Positions 61,413 to 64,000 of a stretch of DNA of 64,000 nt are shown here, in pieces (position 1 is the stretch's first letter; each line of letters starts with the position of its first letter). A program made the position numbers and the translations under genes. The notes under the pieces were generated by a model, which was not told the DNA's origin, made no database searches, and was given only the letters and a program-made list of their open reading frames with translations. The DNA is from a virus: positions 1 to 64,000 of the IMG/VR virus record IMGVR_UViG_3300021476_000423. One strand, given 5' to 3'.

Positions 61413-64000
61413 CTATGGAGCAACGAATGGGAAATGCGTTCCATAAACCCTTCTTTGGGTTGGATTGTAATTGATGGCTGTATTGGGATTGTTGGTTTGG
61501 GCATTCTGAATGGATTGTGTATGAGTAGGGTCAGACTGATATGAATAATTAATGTAGGCCGTGTAAGTTACATTTGAAGGATTAGTCGTAGTTTTTTCAG
61601 GAGGGTGATGCGTATTATCGGGCACTACTGTTCCATCATCTATGACTTCTGTTGCGGTAACTCCTGAAGCGAGCAAATCGAAAGTATTTCTCTGTCCTTC
61701 ATCCAAATTTCCCAAGCCACCCCAAGTAGATTGGGTGCTTCTGTAGACGTTGTAACTTTGTGCATAGGGAATAATCGGCCATCGGATTTCAACCTGCTGT
61801 GGAGCGAGAGGTTCGGGAGTTGTATTGGCATCGGGTTGACCCGTTACTCCTGCATTATTGCCAGTGAATATCGTTCCTGCTTGAGAGCCATCTGATTCAT
61901 TGCCTTCAGGATTGAGTGCCGTCACAATATACCAGTATTGTTCTCCTGCAACAAGATTAGCCCCTAATGCCGCAGAACCAGTGTAAACCACATTGAGACC
62001 ATTTACTTCTGTTAGATTTGAAGTATCAAATGGTTGAGTATCAGCAGTGAATGGAAGTGCTGTAACAAGAGTGTAAGTAACAACACCGCCAAGAATAGAC
62101 CAACTTGCTCCTGCACCACCACCTGCTACCGAATTGCCATTCCATGTCATATCAAGAATGCTGGCGTAGGTATCTCCCGGCCCTTCATTGGCAACATAAG
62201 CATTGTAAGAGACTGCGCCCGGAACAACAGCAAACTTACCGTGAACCGGAAAACCAATGGTTGCGCCCTTTGCTGGATTAGAGCGTCCTGTCATCGCAAA
62301 CTCATAGCCAGCCGCATCGACAGCCGTAAAGATAAAGAAAGTGGATACATTGAATGGGACTCCTGACCCACCATCAGCAACAGGAGAAGGAAGAGTGCTC
62401 ATCAGAGGGTCGGGACACCAAGCATTTGCGGCTGTATTGCGAAGAATTATCTCATACTTCCCTGATAAACCATCAAGTAATTGTGCCGAAGCACCCGTAT
62501 AGAGGGGCGAAGCGTGAGATTTGGACAGGAGAGAGAGGATGTTGGCTAATTGATTAGCACCAAGAATACTATCGTAAATGGTCAAACCGTCTGGTTGGAG
62601 GACTGTGAGCCATACGTCATTCTGAGCAGTGCCACCCAAAGCCGAATCAACTTCCACTCCAAACTGATAGATGAGAACATCATCGGCCTTCACACTGAGC
62701 AATTTATTCATACTATTGTAAATTGAGATGTTTGCATTGTTTGGAATTTCTTGTGCCCATATCGGGATGTCAGTATGTTGAAAGTCGGGGTTGACATTAT
62801 CCATACTTCCTGTGTCATTTACCGAAATGGTGAGAGGACTGTTCCTGTTAGTAATGAAATCTCCGCCACCCTGATGGACTGATGCGCCCGTCTGCTGTTG
62901 ATTCTTTCCTATCACCGATTTGTCAGAAGGAGCCACTGACGTATACATAGATTGCATGGCTCCGGCATTGCTACCCTTCTGTGAGGTAGGGTCGTAATTG
63001 TTTGCCCAAGTTGTTCCAAGTGGAACATTGAGAACAGGGAAGGTTAATATGATAGAAATGTCTTCGCCATTGTCGGCATCCCATTTGATGTTGATAGTCT
63101 TGACTCTAGCAGTGAATCCAACCGAAATGAGAGCACCCGTCGATGAGTCGTAACTGCCGCCAAGTAGATTACCATTGCTATCTTCCATTACTCCTTGAAG
63201 ACTTGGAGCATTGATAAGGATGTAATCGCCGGGATAGAGAACGTGAGAACTAGCATAGGTATAGTCGGGTTTCAACTCAATGTTAGGAATGGGGTGCTGG
63301 AAGAAGCCGATGCTCGTCCCAACATATCTCTGAATCTCACCGGGGTCTACCACATTGGCTAGGGTTTGATTAGTCTGCTTCAGTCCATATTCGGCAATGC
63401 TTCTCTGATTCTCGATTGGTGTGGCCACAACATCTGACCCTTGGAAACTACCACCAGTAAGCACCCAACTGTTGTTCATCGAAACATAGTCATAGGTGGG
63501 TTTGATTGAAACAATGTTATCTCCTTCAGAATAGACTATCGTATCGACTGGTAAATAACCATTGGTAACACCAAATTCAACATAATCCATCGGATACAAA
63601 AGATTGGCAGGTAGAGTTCCGGCGGGGTCTAATGAGTTGTCTCCCAAGTGGATTCCTGACCTGTTCTGACCATTTCCCAATTTGCTATGGATAGGGTCGA
63701 AAAGCATCACTGTAAGAGTAGGTAAGGTCTTCGGATAGAGGCCCGCAGGTGAAGAGGTCAACTCAACAATCTCTCCTGCGTAGTGTGTATTGGCTGAATT
63801 TGGAGCAACTGTAATAGTGAGAGTGTTAGGAAACACTCCTGTAATCGTAAAGGTTTCTTGCGTTCCAAGACCCGCACCAATGTAAATCATCTGACCATCA
63901 GCAAATCCATCAGTTGAGGTAACATGGAAAGTGCTTGACCCCGGCCCCGCAGTTGCCGTTAGGGTGGTAGCCACAAAACCGGGGATTGGGAAATCGCCGA
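61413..64000 (-). CDS. Large tail/baseplate-like protein with FN3-like domains (5' end beyond the window)
   Basis: Frame stays open to the window edge. SIAEYGLKQ hub-like motif. YWYIVTALNPEGNES and SYNVYRST are FN3-like strands. Confidence 0.65.
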   Translation of the reverse strand, partial: GDFPIPGFVATTLTATAGPGSSTFHVTSTDGFADGQMIYIGAGLGTQETFTITGVFPNTLTITVAPNSANTHYAGEIVELTSSPAGLYPKTLPTLTVMLFDPIHSKLGNGQNRSGIHLGDNSLDPAGTLPANLLYPMDYVEFGVTNGYLPVDTIVYSEGDNIVSIKPTYDYVSMNNSWVLTGGSFQGSDVVATPIENQRSIAEYGLKQTNQTLANVVDPGEIQRYVGTSIGFFQHPIPNIELKPDYTYASSHVLYPGDYILINAPSLQGVMEDSNGNLLGGSYDSSTGALISVGFTARVKTINIKWDADNGEDISIILTFPVLNVPLGTTWANNYDPTSQKGSNAGAMQSMYTSVAPSDKSVIGKNQQQTGASVHQGGGDFITNRNSPLTISVNDTGSMDNVNPDFQHTDIPIWAQEIPNNANISIYNSMNKLLSVKADDVLIYQFGVEVDSALGGTAQNDVWLTVLQPDGLTIYDSILGANQLANILSLLSKSHASPLYTGASAQLLDGLSGKYEIILRNTAANAWCPDPLMSTLPSPVADGGSGVPFNVSTFFIFTAVDAAGYEFAMTGRSNPAKGATIGFPVHGKFAVVPGAVSYNAYVANEGPGDTYASILDMTWNGNSVAGGGAGASWSILGGVVTYTLVTALPFTADTQPFDTSNLTEVNGLNVVYTGSAALGANLVAGEQYWYIVTALNPEGNESDGSQAGTIFTGNNAGVTGQPDANTTPEPLAPQQVEIRWPIIPYAQSYNVYRSTQSTWGGLGNLDEGQRNTFDLLASGVTATEVIDDGTVVPDNTHHPPEKTTTNPSNVTYTAYINYSYQSDPTHTQSIQNAQTNNPNTAINYNPTQRRVYGTHFPFVAP

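Overview
The window looks like part of a large tailed archaeal dsDNA virus (Caudoviricetes-like). The host is probably in the TACK/Thermoproteota group, inferred from TATA-driven leaderless genes, a PriX-like subunit, an RPA-like SSB and an archaeal-type tRNA. Layout: 1-10.3 kb holds mixed-strand small and virion-like genes plus tRNA-Lys. About 10.3-11.3 kb is a non-coding control region. 11.3-31.6 kb is an all-plus-strand accessory ('early-like') array with two amidoligases, a class II glutamine amidotransferase, an ATP-grasp ligase, a GNAT and a macro domain. A portal gene and a divergent FtsK/HerA-type ATPase follow. 36-64 kb is mostly minus strand: RNA ligase, metallophosphoesterase, RNase HI, RPA, JAB protease, PriS, MCM-like ATPase, PolB, PriX, RadA-like ATPase and tail/adhesin genes running off the right end. 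No terminase or major capsid protein was recognised in the window. The main unexplained signal is a short peptide tag, M-x-[LIFY]-A-N-x3-L-x2-A ('LANQ'), at the N-terminus of 13 otherwise unrelated small proteins, with three or four further internal or C-terminal copies. Other signals are an exactly spaced promoter-like motif (CGGC[AC]A-N8-ATATACCC-N2-YACCC-N13-ATG) heading the early array, a pseudoknotted ncRNA candidate, a tRNA-Lys with C33 in the same genome as an RNA-repair module, and strong apparent restriction-site avoidance. All functional calls come from motifs read by eye; no database searches were run.
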